Assembly (NCBI GenBank): GCA_002633005.1
Contig: NMRA01000320.1
Location: 293,328 to 357,327, forward strand
Direction: 5' to 3'
Origin: Phoronis australis
Lineage: Eukaryota; Animalia; Phoronida
Length of the DNA: 64,000 nt
A model generated the notes under the pieces. That model ran no database searches. It was not told where the DNA came from and worked only from the letters and a program-made list of their open reading frames with translations. Of this stretch, positions 25,100 to 38,695 are shown piece by piece (the stretch's first letter is position 1; every line of letters starts with the position of its first letter). The position numbers were made by a program, and so were the translations under genes.

Positions 25100-26690
25100 G
25101 GCCATTATCTTTGTACTTGATGTCTACTTTTTGAGTGTGTTGGTTTCGCGAGAATCAAGACGCTTCCACTTATTTAGTGGTCAAGTACCTTCAAAACTTT
25201 TGGAATACTTTTGCTGTTGAAATTTCTAAAACAATTGAAAACAATTGATCTGAAAAATTGCATGATACATCAGAGGTTTTGGTCCAAGAGACCCTGAAGG
25301 TGTTAGGAAAATTTGTGACGTTAAAACCTTGATTTTTAAATTGAAACATTTGCCCTTGTGCCTGCCTTTCACAGAAACTAAACAGCGCAAAGAATGCAAT
25401 GCTTTGCAAATTTATTCGGATATTATAAACATGAAAGAAATCTCTTGAAATTTCCGATATGTCGAAATTTAAGTTTGAGCAAATAGGAAGTGCATAACAC
25501 TTTCCTTCCATCAAACCACTGGAAATAACATGGATAAGAAAAGTTTTACATACCTCTAGTTCAGCAAAAAAATCTTGTTAAGCATTAGTTGGAGAACAAA
25601 GTACATTTCGTTCATATGGCCAGGAGATGCCTACTTTAAGAATCTAGTTGGCGAATGTGAAAATTGTTTCTGGGCAGATGTGTTTAATTCAGTATACTCA
25701 TTCTATCATTTATCGCTCAAAAAACTCCATCAGGTTTCGAACTTCATCAGCCTATGTGGGCTATCTCTAATATTATGGTGATTGGCAATGGACCTGTATT
25801 GATGAAAAAGGCAATAGATTAATTTGTTTGTAATTTATGTAACGAGACTGGACACTTATCTTCAACTCGGTCTTGTTTAAAATTCAATTTTGAGCCATCT
25901 TTTATAATCCTTTGCAACGTACAGTGAATTGTGGAACAACTATTTTTAAAAGTGCAAAGGAGGAGTCTTTTTCATACAAATTTTCCCCTTTCTCCAGTGA
26001 TGTTTTCAAAAATTGACATGTGTTGATGAAGGAACTTGAGTATTTTAGGCGACAGTTTTGTAAAAATTTAATTTTTATCAAAATCGAAATCTGGTTTCGG
26101 AGTTAAAAAGTCAAACACCCAATTGCTAGTCATTTTACAAAATGCTTTTATCTTTAGCCCAGTTATCGATGTACTTTTAAAGTGTTTACAGATGAGAGTT
26201 GTCCACAGAATAATAGTAACATAGTAGTTAATGTTACAAATATGCCTTGCAGATTTTGATCTATGCAGCTTCTGTCATGAGAGGTCATGGGATTTGGTTC
26301 ACGTGTTCGTTTGTCAAAAAATTTGGCAAAGAATATCCGAATTTCTCTCAAGCGTAAATAAATATGTAAACATTAATTTGGATGCTTTTACTGAGTCATA
26401 TTTAGATTTAGTGGGTACAGGTATCAGTCATTTTACTCTAGCAAATTCAGAATCAATTACCATCTATGGTAGTTTTCAACTTTGAATTAAACGTATTATT
26501 TGTAATTTCTGAATTCTATTTTCACGGAACAATAGGACATTGATAATATATGCAGTAGTGTACATGTGGTGTGAATGTGTGATAATCTACCTCAACCGCA
26601 ATAGTATTACATGAAACAGGTATTTAGGTAATGCATTATTGCACCTGTGGTTGTTTGTAACTACATGTTTGCATATTCAATAAAAAGACG
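25100..26690 (+). mobile_element. Highly degenerate L1/Tx1 LINE 3' fragment
   Basis: GKI.DVKTLIFKLKHL...LP, FWADVF and zinc knuckle LCSFCHERSWDLVHVFVC; AATAAA near 26680. An RT-like piece in the opposite orientation at about 24700-24960 is weaker. Confidence 0.6.
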
Positions 26691-27663
26691 TTTCTACTGA
26701 CTATTTGCTCTTTGTTCAGTTTTAACTACAATGCTAGGAATCACAACATGATATCATTCTTAAACGAATATCACTTGGACCAACATGCGCGCACCCTGGG
26801 GGGTTCGGGGGGGGGCTTGAATGATCCCCCCACTTGACAAAGTGGGTAGAAACGTTCACCCCAGTGTAACAAACACTCCGAAAAAAGTAAACAACGAGAC
26901 AAAAGTCCATTAAAAAGGCAAGAACTACCAATGTGCAGCGAATGTCTTGAACTTACCCCACGAATTTTAGTAAAATGTCCACCTTCTCAAAAATTCGAGA
27001 TTTCCATTTGTTTTTGGCTGGGTGCGCGTATGATCAATATAAAAACTTCGTAAACAGGGCTCTATTCAAGTTCACTCGCGAGGTTTTTCTTGTAAGAGCA
27101 TTTATGACACGTTTAAATACACGGGCAAGAATTTCTCAACACCGCGTCTTGAGATACGCTTACGGACTCATCTGATTCCCACATGTGAGGCACGGTTGGT
27201 TTGCATAACAGGCTTATGAACTGGATCAACTATGATAATACTGAGTTTACGACAGACCTGAATGGAACCCACCGTCTAAATCACATTTGATTTCTTGTCC
27301 ATAAGCATGTATAGAATACGACAAATCAACATTGCCACAGCGTACCTTTGCACATGGCTGCTCGGGGGAAGCCGCCAGTCGCTACCAATTCCACCCCCAG
27401 ACACCACCAGTTTCACCCCAACCCCGGTCGATGCCATTTTCATTCCTCGTCAAGTGTCGACGCATTTTACCGCCGATCGCTATCCATTCGACCCCCTCCC
27501 CTGCCCCCAGTCTCGCCACCAATTCACCGCAGCTGGTTCATGAGCCGCGTTTGTTTACCGGCATTGCCAGCTCCAAGAGCCGTCCATTTAGTGTGCGTAA
27601 GCCGTGTTAATGCTTTGTCGTCTGTGGTCAGTTCGTGAGCAATGCTCAGAAGTCTGGAGCTAT

Positions 27664-30600
27664 TAGACAGGCAGCCCGGAGCACCTAATGTAGATGAACA
27701 ACGTACCAACATCTGACCATAGGAGCACTTAGAGTCCACCTCAGTATATACGGAAATGGACGTCTGCCGTTGAATGCACTCTGAGTGTGACCCCTGGGGA
27801 CCTTACACGGGGGTAAAAAAATGAACTAGCCTCGAGAATTCGAGGTACCGGGCAAAACTGATTTAAAACGAAAAACAGTACCGCTCTGAACACCGAATGA
27901 CCCATGACAGACAAATTGCACTCTGGAATGGGTCCTGCCAGAAACCAAAAAAGGACACCCAAAAATGGGCTAGCTCATACATTCGAGGTTCCGCAAAAAC
28001 CAATTCCATGTAATTCAATACTGTAATGTCACTGACCAGTAATTGCTCCAAGACAGACAAAATGCACTCTGGGTCGCCAGAATCCCCCAAAATGTCAACC
28101 ACCGTATGCCATTGAAAATTTGAGCTAGATTAGATACGCAAGGTACCACTGACTGCCAAATGGATGATGTCGGAAAGTAAGCCTTTTGGAAAATGCCTAA
28201 TAACACTAAAACTTTGGGATACCATGAACTGTCAAAAACAACCCATTAAGTGAGAATTAAGATCACAGCTACTGTAGTATAATGAGCTATAGAAACTGTC
28301 TTGTTTTTTTTTCATTTTAGTCGAGCGGGAAAATATGCATGGGTATGTCGCATTGTCGCAAGGGAAATTATATACACAAAACGTACGGAGAGTGGCGTAC
28401 ATGAAGTAATATCCTACGAGACATTATTATGCGTATCGATAAGCGAATAATGTCGATTGGGATATTACTTCATGTACGCACATCAGTGTACGTTTTGTAT
28501 TTATCCCATACGCTTCGAATTCCTAAGTTTATGTTCACGTGGCGGATCACATCCTATATGTATGTACTTGCGAGTTAGGCTGCAAGTTTTCTCTAGTAAA
28601 AGAAACAGTTTTAAATTTGACGATTTATCACTTGAGAAGGGATGACAAAGATGAAAACAAAGGTAACTTTTCATTGAACTTGTAACATATTTGATATTGC
28701 AGTTATCGAGGAATCGGCGCCTGAGTTGCAGACGATAAGATATTTAGCAAATGAAAACTGAGACAGAACATTCATATAATTAACAGTCCTGTTCCAGATG
28801 TTACGATTGGGACCTGATTGTATGTTGAGCGATATTTATACTGCTATAATTGTATTACTTTAAACTATTTTCCAAAAATTTGGGGATCGAACCGGCTAAC
28901 AAGGTCACTGTTGAAGTAGTGCGGGAGGTGAATAGGAAAACTTTATTACATGGCCGTATTTCCCTCGACAGATTCAACGCGTATGGGATAAAATAGTATA
29001 TGATAGTATGTCAATTTAGCCGTGCGTCAAAAAGCGAGACATTTAGATGGTGCGTCGGAATGGTGGAAAAAATCAAAAAAGTGGGACAGTCTGCAAAGAG
29101 CCTGTTAATTGGCAAATACACAGTTACGATGTCAGCAACACGAAGTACTGGATTGGGTTCTTTTACAAGGTAAACTTTTAATTTTTTAAAATTTTAGTTC
29201 ACGTGTGCAGTCAAGTACTACAGATAACAGTAGGCGTAAGTAAATACTACAGAATAATGAAGTTTCTTGAACACACCTGTTTTAAGGCCCTAAACTTATC
29301 CTTTAGGACAAAAATAACTTCTTTCCGTAAAACAGGATAACACGAATTTAACACTCAAAAATGTCTTGTTGAAAAACTCCTGGTATGCCGAACAGGAAAT
29401 TTTAAGGACAGTTTGGTAACATTCCTCCGACAGCAATGGCAGAAAGACCTATATGGACATTTCTTGGGGGAGAAAACACTTGTCTGACATGGCGACAAAC
29501 TGTATTAGCCTTCCTTACAGTAGTACTATGGCATCTGATCACCCACCGGATTCTCATGGTTCCCATGAAGAGGTCGACACGCTTCTTACCTTCCACTTCA
29601 GTAGTCAACTCAATTGGCAATGTATTGATCAGGGCCTCTGACACGGATGTCATTGTAATTATTGGGTGGCTATTTGAAAGTGTTGTGGTGACTATTTCTA
29701 GATTATTTTATTAAAGAAGATATTTAAAAACACGTATGTTGCTTTTCTTTTAAAAGCATTGTTAAGTAGTCAACGTAATGAAAGGATTCTTTGGAAATCC
29801 TTTTCTTAGTTCCTCGATCAAACGCAAACTTAGGGGCCATGTGTTGTCCCTGAAACATATCTTTCCTGCTGGCAGTTTCGATAGCTCATTATACTGCACT
29901 AGCTTCAGTCTTAATCATCACTCAATGGGTTGGTTTTTTAACAATTCCTGGTATCACAAAGTTTTCAGTATTATTGGGTATTTTCCAAAATGCTTACTTA
30001 CCGCCACTAACCAATTGGCACTCATTATTCATTTTAAGCAAGGACTCTTCAGTACACGAGAAAGTATTACGGAAATACAAGAATTCACCATGATGAACTG
30101 CAAACTAAGCACGTGATCACACCTTCCTTATCGAAATTCTTGATTCTACGAAGCTCTACCAAGATTTAACCGGGATCATCATTGTTTAATTAATATATCA
30201 CGCATTTTCAACAGAATTACGTGATTGAGATTTCTGGGGCTGGCACCCACAATCCAGAATGGGATTTTGTGTCACAGGTCATTTAGCAACCAGTAACTTC
30301 TGTTTGAATCAAATGGAATTGTTTATTGTGGTACCTCGAATATAGGAGCTAGCTCCTTTTTGGGCGTCGTTTTTGAGTTTCTGGCGGACACTTTCCAGAG
30401 TGCAATTTGTCCGTCATGAGTCATTCGGTGTTCAGTGAGGTACTAAATCGTTCGTTTTAAATGAGTTTTAGCTGGTACCTCGAATATTTAATCTAGCTCA
30501 AATTTTCAATGATATACGGTGCATTGTTGACATTTTGGGGGGTTTCTGGCGGGCACAACCCAGAGCGTATTTTGTCGTGGAGTTTAGTGATCAGTGACAT

Positions 30601-30951
30601 GTACTGAATCACATGGAATTGTTTTTTGTGGTACCTGGAATGTACGAGCTAGCTCATTTTTGGGGATCCTTTTTCGGGTTTCGGCGGGACCCATAGTGCA
30701 CTGTCTGAGTGGCATTTGTCATTCGGTGTTCAGTGCGGTACTATTGTTCGTTTTAAATCAGTTTTGGCCGGTACCTCGAATATCTAGGCTAGCTCATTGT
30801 AACCCCCTTGTAAGGTCCCCAGGGATCGCATCCAAAGTATAGACAACGACAGACGTCCATTTCCAGATATACTGAGGCAGACTCTAAATGCTCCTGTGGT
30901 CAGATGTTAGTAGCTCGTTCATCTATGCTAAGTGCTGGACTGCCCGGTCTA
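27664..30951 (+). mobile_element. Non-autonomous Academ-like DNA transposon with long TIRs
   Basis: About 450-bp imperfect inverted repeats starting TAGAC.GGCAG / ending CTGCCCGGTCTA. Internal remnant SHEEVDTLLTFH...VLIRASDTDVIVI (29540-29660) resembles the Academ transposase HEEADT/DTDV motifs. Confidence 0.7.
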
Positions 30952-33940
30952 TAAGTTCGGAAATGCGTGACCGGTTTTGTTCGAGTAGCCTGAAAATATG
31001 TGGTACATGCACTGTGGACCTTTAGTACGAATAAATGACTCAGCCATACATTCAAGTTTACAAAAATGACATGTTTACACTTTGCAATTTACCATCTTCC
31101 ATATCCACTGCTTCTGATGTGTTCGCGACTTATTCGACTACTTCAAGGACGGGAGTCTCGACACCTGTCGGTCATTAAAATTTGCTTGGCCTGAAATTAA
31201 TTGAATGCAAAATTGTTAAGCGTTTAACAGTCTTTGTTGTGTTTTTAAAAAGCTACCTGTCCCGTCATGATACCAGTTAGGGCAAAGACGTTAAGTTATA
31301 AACATAAGATCGATCTGTTGAAAAAGGGGTAGGCGCAGAAACGGAGGCCCCCTCAACCAAAAGGTTGGGGGGCAGAGATAGCTTTCTTTCCCCAATATTC
31401 CATGTGTTGATGTCAATTAACAATTTTGATCAATGTTAAAACTTTCACGGTGCAAACATTGTTTTAAAACATAATTGAAAAATTAACAGACTCTCATCCC
31501 CCAACCGTCCAATGTCTCCTACGCCAATGTCCAAAAACTGGGCTCTTAGCCCATCCAAACATGGTTCCAGATCTTTGTTTCGAAAATTCACACCTTACGA
31601 GTTACATTATACATTCAAGCAGGGGGGCCTGTGCCCAGTTACAACAGTCCCAAATATCGGATCAACACTCAACATGGGCAGGTCTAAGATTTTTTTAAAA
31701 GGGGCGGGGGTCGGATCAAAGACATTTTAAGAAAGATGACCCAAATCAACAATTATAAAAATCTAGCTATGGCATCACTAAAATCGAGGGAAAATAGTGG
31801 GTCCAAACACCTTTGACAAAGGATCCGCCTGTGCTCAACTGTATTGCCTAAATCTTTTGCGTATTTTTTGTTCCTTACCCACAGTTTTTATACTTTTCTA
31901 TCATTTTATCGTTATTACGAGCTCCTCCTTTGACTTATGACGTTTTCTAATAATGTAACTAAAGCGCTGAACCCTTAATTCAGTCAAAATATTTAATTAG
32001 GGGCGTTTCCTGAAAAGATCCCCACTTATTTTCTGTAATATTAAGAATTCAACATAGAAAGCTCACAATTACGCAGTAGTTTTAGGGAACAGAGTGGAGT
32101 CACTATTTGGGTGTGATTCACTGGACCCCCAGTGTCCGTGCCTGATGGTATCCGACGAAATGGGTAGCGAATTGGGGTGGGTAGAAGTGAATGAAACTGG
32201 ATTCAAGAGGGTTGGGGTTGAAAACCAGCAACTGGGATGGAATTCCTGCATTGCAGTCCAATAAACTTGCCTTGGATACCTATACATAAAGCAGGCAAGA
32301 TGCATATTGAATACGCAGTCCATTTGGGGTAGTTTTTACGATGCTTTCCAGCCTTCGTAAACCATTCACATTTTTAAAATCAACTATCAGCAGTTAGTTG
32401 AAGCATATTAAGCCGACATTGGCAGCTAAAAGAGGCCAACTTCAAAGTAAATAACAAGGATGCCTTATTTCCTGACTTGATGTTTTAAGACCTGTGTCAA
32501 AACAAAAATCTAAACAAACGATATCGTCACTGAGTGTAACAGGGTTTCCAAGGTAATACACTACATACTAAAGAAGGCTCAATATGCTTTTAAAAGAACA
32601 TTTCCTTCGACACTTCCTGTTGAAAATTTTCATGCAGGTTACCAAAACATGTACCGGTAATTAATATTTGTTATGTACTGAATCCATATCATGATCACAT
32701 AATATAGATTATTGACCAATGACAGCCAGAATGTTGACTGTATGGGATCACAAGAAATAATTTAAATTAAAAGTAAGAGCGGATAAATAAGAACAATGAA
32801 TAAACAAATATATAAAAATAAATAATAATAAACGAAGTATAAAGAATAGATAAAAACAATTATATGATAATGTAACAATAATAAAATTAGTGAATAAGTA
32901 GTAAATATTTTTTCAGATCTGACTGTATTAAGACTGCAGAAAGAAATGAAAGAAAGAAAGCAATCAATGGGCATAGAATAAACTAATCAGTAGTTCCCAA
33001 ACTCATGCCAACAATTCACTATAATTTTTTATAGAAGTCCCAATCAAATGCAGGGAACATGCAGTAAGCACCATTGCGTTTTTACCGACTGGAGCCGTCA
33101 TATCTTGCCATATTTGTTTATTGCACACACGCCCTCTAGACGTCTCTATCATCTATGGTCCATGAAACAACGACGTCCGCCAGTGGCCGTCCAATGGGAT
33201 TTCGCTAGGCGGTTTATCTCCCTCTCTACGGTCTCTAGTTAGGGTATAAGCAAAAAATATCTTACGCGTTTAGGCTAGGAATACATGAAGTTTTACTAAA
33301 ACAAAAAGAGCACTGTGGAACACTGACGGATGTAATAATATTTATATGCGCTGAACATTGCACCGTGTTGATGTTGAAAACGTTTTGTTCACTGTTACAC
33401 AGTGAGAGAGGGAACCTAGCCAATGTACCTGTGTATTGGGCCTGGGGAACGCTCGCATGACTTCCCTAAAAAATCAGTGTTCACACCACAGGCGTCCTCA
33501 GCTTCTGATCGTCCCTGTGGTTCAAACAAGCCTTTTACTAGTGATTGAAGAAATCTGAATAATTGTTTCGACGATGTGGGCAACCAACTTGTTTAAGTTA
33601 AAAAAATTGGTGAAACACTTACTGTTCCAGTCAATGACAACCATGCAGTCCATTATTCTGACAAACATAGCAAACTTTTCTTCGAAATAGCCACACCTCA
33701 TTTTTCGAAGAAATCCTAGGAGTGTCAACGGGGACAAGGTCAAGGACACTGGGCTGCGCGCCTTACATTTTCGGGAGCGGGACAATGTCAACGAGCCAAT
33801 CCAGGTATGCAGCAAGGACATCTGTTGTCGAAAATCATGATTCTATTTTTGGAGTGCCGGGATTCCCAGACACTCTTCTACAAAGAAGATACGAAAGAAA
33901 AAAGCGCGCGGCTACCAAAATTTGATCAGCTGGACGTTAA

Positions 33941-34888
33941 AAGGGAACTGTATTTTATTCTGAATAAATTCTGGATAGTTTTCTATGAATTGTTGATTAA
34001 TTTCACAAATAATTCAATACCAAAAATTAAACTTATGTTCTCTAACGAAGCTCAAAAAATTACCGGCTTGGAGCGCTGCTTAGTCTCGTGACGTATTTGG
34101 CGGGGGCAAAGTCACTGTCCTGTGTTAGCGTGCAATCAAGTAGCGTTTTTTGTATTGTCGGAATAAGAAATTTTAGTGTGAAATTTCGGGTCACAAGGGA
34201 TACCTGTTTGAGCCGAGGCAACACAAANNNNNNNNNNNNNNNNNNNNNNNNNNNNNNNNNNNNNNNNNNNNNNNNNNNNNNNNNNNNNNNNNNNNNNNNN
34301 NNNNNNNNNNNNNNNNNNNNNNNNNNNNNNNNNNNNNNNNNNNNNNNNNNNNNNNNNNNNNNNNNNNNNNNNNNNNNNNNNNNNNNNNNNNNNNNNNNNN
34401 NNNNNNNNNNNNNNNNNNNNNNNNNNNNNNNNNNNNNNNNNNNNNNNNNNNNNNNNNNNNNNNNNNNNNNNNNNNNNNNNNNNNNNNNNNNNNGCCAAGG
34501 CTTGGGTAACCCGGCGATGGTATGCGATGACCATCCCTTTAGAAGACGCCTTTTTCGAAGAGTTTGAGCAACCAGGTGCCATACAAAAAGGCATAGCGAA
34601 CCTTTTACAGCACTGTGGCAAACAATAAAAAAATAAGGACGATTGATACAATGATAAATTACGATGTAAACTCTTCAAATATGACATAAGCAATGAATGT
34701 GCAAAGCAGCCGATACCCCGCCGTTCACGTCACTGACACATCAGCCAATCAGCGATGGCTTTCAGAATTCAGTGTTTTGACCATGAATACGAATTGGCTT
34801 TTGTTTGGCACGCAAGTCAGGCAAATGTGAGTTTTATTTGTATGTTAGAACCGATTAACTGCAACATTATTTTGACTACAGTCCCCTT
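33941..34888 (-). mobile_element. Kolobok-like DNA transposon carrying a THAP N-terminus (spans a gap)
   Basis: TTAA TSDs at 33937-33940 and 34889-34892; TIRs AAGGGAACTGTA / AAGGGGACTGTA; MPFCMAPGCSNS...YHR (ATG at 34594) runs into the gap. Confidence 0.65.
34228..34493. other. Assembly gap
   Basis: Run of N. Confidence 1.
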
Positions 34889-35375
34889 TTAAGACTTATT
34901 TGTGCAATGGATTGTGGAGATGAAACTGCAGTAAAATAATTTTTTAATGTTTATTGTGAAATTGTCACAGAAAGTGCCAACAGGCATATATAAAGAAATA
35001 TAAAAACTATACACAAATACATGAATAAAATGTTAGGGTAACAATGAAATGGATAAATAAATCATTTTCATTCGAAATAAATTATTTCACATGTATACAA
35101 TTTATCTATTCACACAAAGAGTTTACTCACACACACGGACTCACACAGAGATTTAATATTAAAAAGGAATTTTGGAAACTATTTCGAATAAAACCTTATT
35201 TTCATTTAGGTCGAGCTCAATCTCTACTCGGTTGGCGACTAATACACTTTGTGTTGGCTTACGTTGTAAATGATCCTCAGTCTGTCGTCGGTGAAGCCCG
35301 CTGTAAGCATCACAAACCGATCGTCTGCACCAAAACTTTGAATATTTCCAAAATGGAGCGAAAGTACGATGTCAA

Positions 35376-38300
35376 AGGTGTCGCAGACCAAGTAGGCTAC
35401 CCGACCAAGTGAGCTTGGTCGGCTTACACGGTCGGACCTCGCAGACCAAGTAGATACCTCCGAATATGTGGCAATGTACCGTTGATGTCCGAATGTTTAC
35501 CATTGTGTTAATAATATGAACGGTTATATCAAATACGGTTTTTCGAAATTAGATTTCATTTTTATGAGCATGTTATCATTAGGACCTCGTGTCTCTAGTG
35601 GCGCCAAAATAATTCTGGCCAACAAAAATTTTCATTTTAATGTTTTGAACAAGGAAATAGAGTAAGCAACTGTTTGAGTCACGGGCAGGCGGGATACGAG
35701 CACCCATGATAATACACCACGAATCAAACATTTAGATTCCACATCATCTTTTCATCTGCTTTTTCACATTTTCGATGTCTATAACCGTTTTTCGTGCTTT
35801 TCATTGTTAGAAAACCATTACGGAACTTGGCTCGACTGACACCGACCCCTGGCCTTAGCAAGATATTTTTGAAAATCGAGTGGCAAAATTTTTGCCTATA
35901 ATTGTAATTAGTGATCGTTAATAACTTCACACATTCCACAGAACACTCAGACACTATTTGCTGTCAAAAAACATTACTTTGTCCTCCAATTTTAATTCGA
36001 CAGTAACTTGAAGGCTTCTCGGCTGATGACAACATACTTGACGTCAAGTTAAACGCAATCAATTTCATTTGGCCCAGCTCCTCCAAAAGAAATGATTACC
36101 CCTTCTACATATCTCTAGAAAGTTGTCAAGCAATTTTTACGACTCGTGATACATTGTAGTTTTGCTTGCAGTTTTACTTGGTCCGGTCTTACCTGTGCCG
36201 GACCGAGTGCCAATGACGTCATCAAACTCATACGCAGAATCGATCTGAATCTTTCATAAAGCCTTTCACTTTTTCTTCAAAGACCGCTTTTCCTGTTCAC
36301 ATTTTTGATGTCTACAATCCTTTTTCGTGCTTTTCACCTTACAAAAACAATTATCAAATCTTCAGTTGTATCCCGTCCGCTTGGCTATGGAACTGAACCG
36401 TGACCACATATTAGGCCGGTGTTGCGCCGCCGGGACCCCAATTCATTGAGGCTATACATTTTGGTCTATATTTGTAATGATTGATTGTTGACAAATTCAT
36501 GCTGATACCCCAGGATACAGTCCGATTTTTTATGAAATTTCTTTTAAGTTTTACTAATTGTGATCGCTACCACTGACGGCTCCAAGCCCAGCCTGAGACC
36601 GCAGCATAGGCTACTTAGCGGCAATGAAAAGTAATTAATTTCGTTTGACATGTACCCAGCAGCTCCAACAAAACCTTTGACTCTTCTACGCGTTTCTAGA
36701 AAGTTATCAACCGATTTTCACTGCTCAATACAATTTAGGTTTGCTTGCAGGTTTACTTGGTCTGGTCCCAGTGTCAACCGGCGCCCGGACCGAGTGCGCT
36801 GTGACGTCATCATCAATCTCGGAGGTTGTTTACTAGGAGCCTATAGCTGTCGAAACGAGATAATTGCAGGCAATGAAAAGGAATTCATTTGATATGTACT
36901 CAGTAGCTACAAAAATTATCACATCTTCTACGTGTCTCCCCGAAGGTATTAACCAATTTTACGGCTCAATACACTGTAGTTTCCTTGAAGGTGACAAGAC
37001 GACCGGACCAGGTAAACCTGTAAGCAAAACTACAGTGTATTGAAAAGTAAAAATTGGCTGGCAACTTTCTAGACACAAGTAGAAGGTTTTTTTGGACCTG
37101 CTGAGTACAAATCAAATTAATTACTTTTCATGGACATCAATTTTGTCGTCAGTGGACCTCACGGTCAGCCAAAGTAAAACTTAAACGAATTTAGATTTAT
37201 GTTTTCTGAACTTCAAATAGAGTGGGAATGTATTATGTGGAATCAGCATGAACTTGTCAACTATCACTAATTACAATTATAGACTGAAAATTTTCAAAAC
37301 GTACGTCGAAAGACCGTTGTCTTAGGAGTGGTCAAGGCGGTGCCAAGTGATACTCGTGGTGTCAAGCCAAGTGAACGATACAAAAAAAGTAATGGTTTTG
37401 TTCAGTAAACAGCATGATCAACTATTTTAGACATGGACAATGCGAATAGAAAAAGCGGTGTTTGAAGGAAAAGTGAAATAACTAACGAAATATTCCGATT
37501 CGTCGAGTTTGATGACGTCACAGCGCACTCGGTCCGGCAAGCGACGAGACCGGACCAAGTAAACCTGCAAGGATTCAGTACACTGTATTGAGTCGTAAAA
37601 ATGGTTAATAAGTTTGTAGAGACACGTAGAAGGGGTAATGGCTTTGTTAGAGCTCCTGGGTACATGTCAAACGAAATAAATGAACTTTCCATTGGCGTTA
37701 AGTACACGTATTCAGTTGTGTCCGGACCTTTTGTAGCCAGACTAAGTGCAATTTAAAAAGAAACTTCATGCTTTAGTGCGACGCAAGTAGGGTATGACTA
37801 TCCTAGGGTTCGCCTTGAAGTTGTCAACGATCAATCATAAATATAGACGAAAATTTTGACATTGTGAATTTGTTAAACGTACGTCGATAGACCGATGTCT
37901 GAGAGTTGGCACCCACGGCAGCACAAAGTGAACGAGTACAAGAAAGGTATTGTTTATGAACCGTGAAAGGCACGGAAAACGACTGTAAACGTTAAAAATG
38001 TGAACATGAAAAGCGACATTTGAAGAAAAATTGAAAAAAAATATGAAATACTAGGCAAGTTTGATGACGTCATAGCGCTCTCGGTCCAGCCGGCCGTTCC
38101 CGCACTAGACAGGACCAAGTAAACCTGCAAGGAAAACTACAGTGTATTGAGCGCAAAAGTTGGTTAATATCTTTCTTGTGAAAAGCAGATGAAAATATTA
38201 AAGTAAGAAGTGAAATCTAAATGTTTGATTCGTGGCGTTGTGTGAGTATTGGGTGCTCAGTCCCATCCCGCCGCCTGGCTGACCGGTGACCATTGCAGTT

Positions 38301-38561
38301 GCTTACGGGTACTCTATTTCCTGTTCAAAAGATTAAAATAAAGATTTTTGTCGGTCAGAGTTATTTTGGCGTCATAAAAATGAAATATTATTTCAAAAAA
38401 AAAAACGTATTTGGTGGAACGCTCATATTATAACACCATGGCAAACATTCAGGTATCAACGGTACCTTGCAACTCGGTCGGAGGTATCTACTTGGTCTGC
38501 GAGGTCCGACCGTGTAAGCCAACCAAGTTAACTTGGTCGGGTGGCCTACTTGGTCTGCAAC
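35376..38561. mobile_element. Foldback-type palindromic non-autonomous DNA transposon (about 3.2 kb)
   Basis: Near-identical ~85-bp outer inverted ends (gtcgcagaccaagtaggc...gatacctccga), with imperfect inverted similarity continuing inward through modular subrepeats (tttacttggtc.gg...ggaccgagtgc...tgacgtcatca) to an axis near 36990. No ORF. Confidence 0.85.
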
Positions 38562-38695
38562 CATAGATTATAATCTATGGTTCAACCAAGGAGTGTAGTA
38601 GTATAGGAGAGTTCACTTGTGGGTTCGCTGTTACCGCTACTACTAGCGCCGCCAAGTGGTGAACAAGCTACGGTCAACCAGGAAGCGCCAAAACA

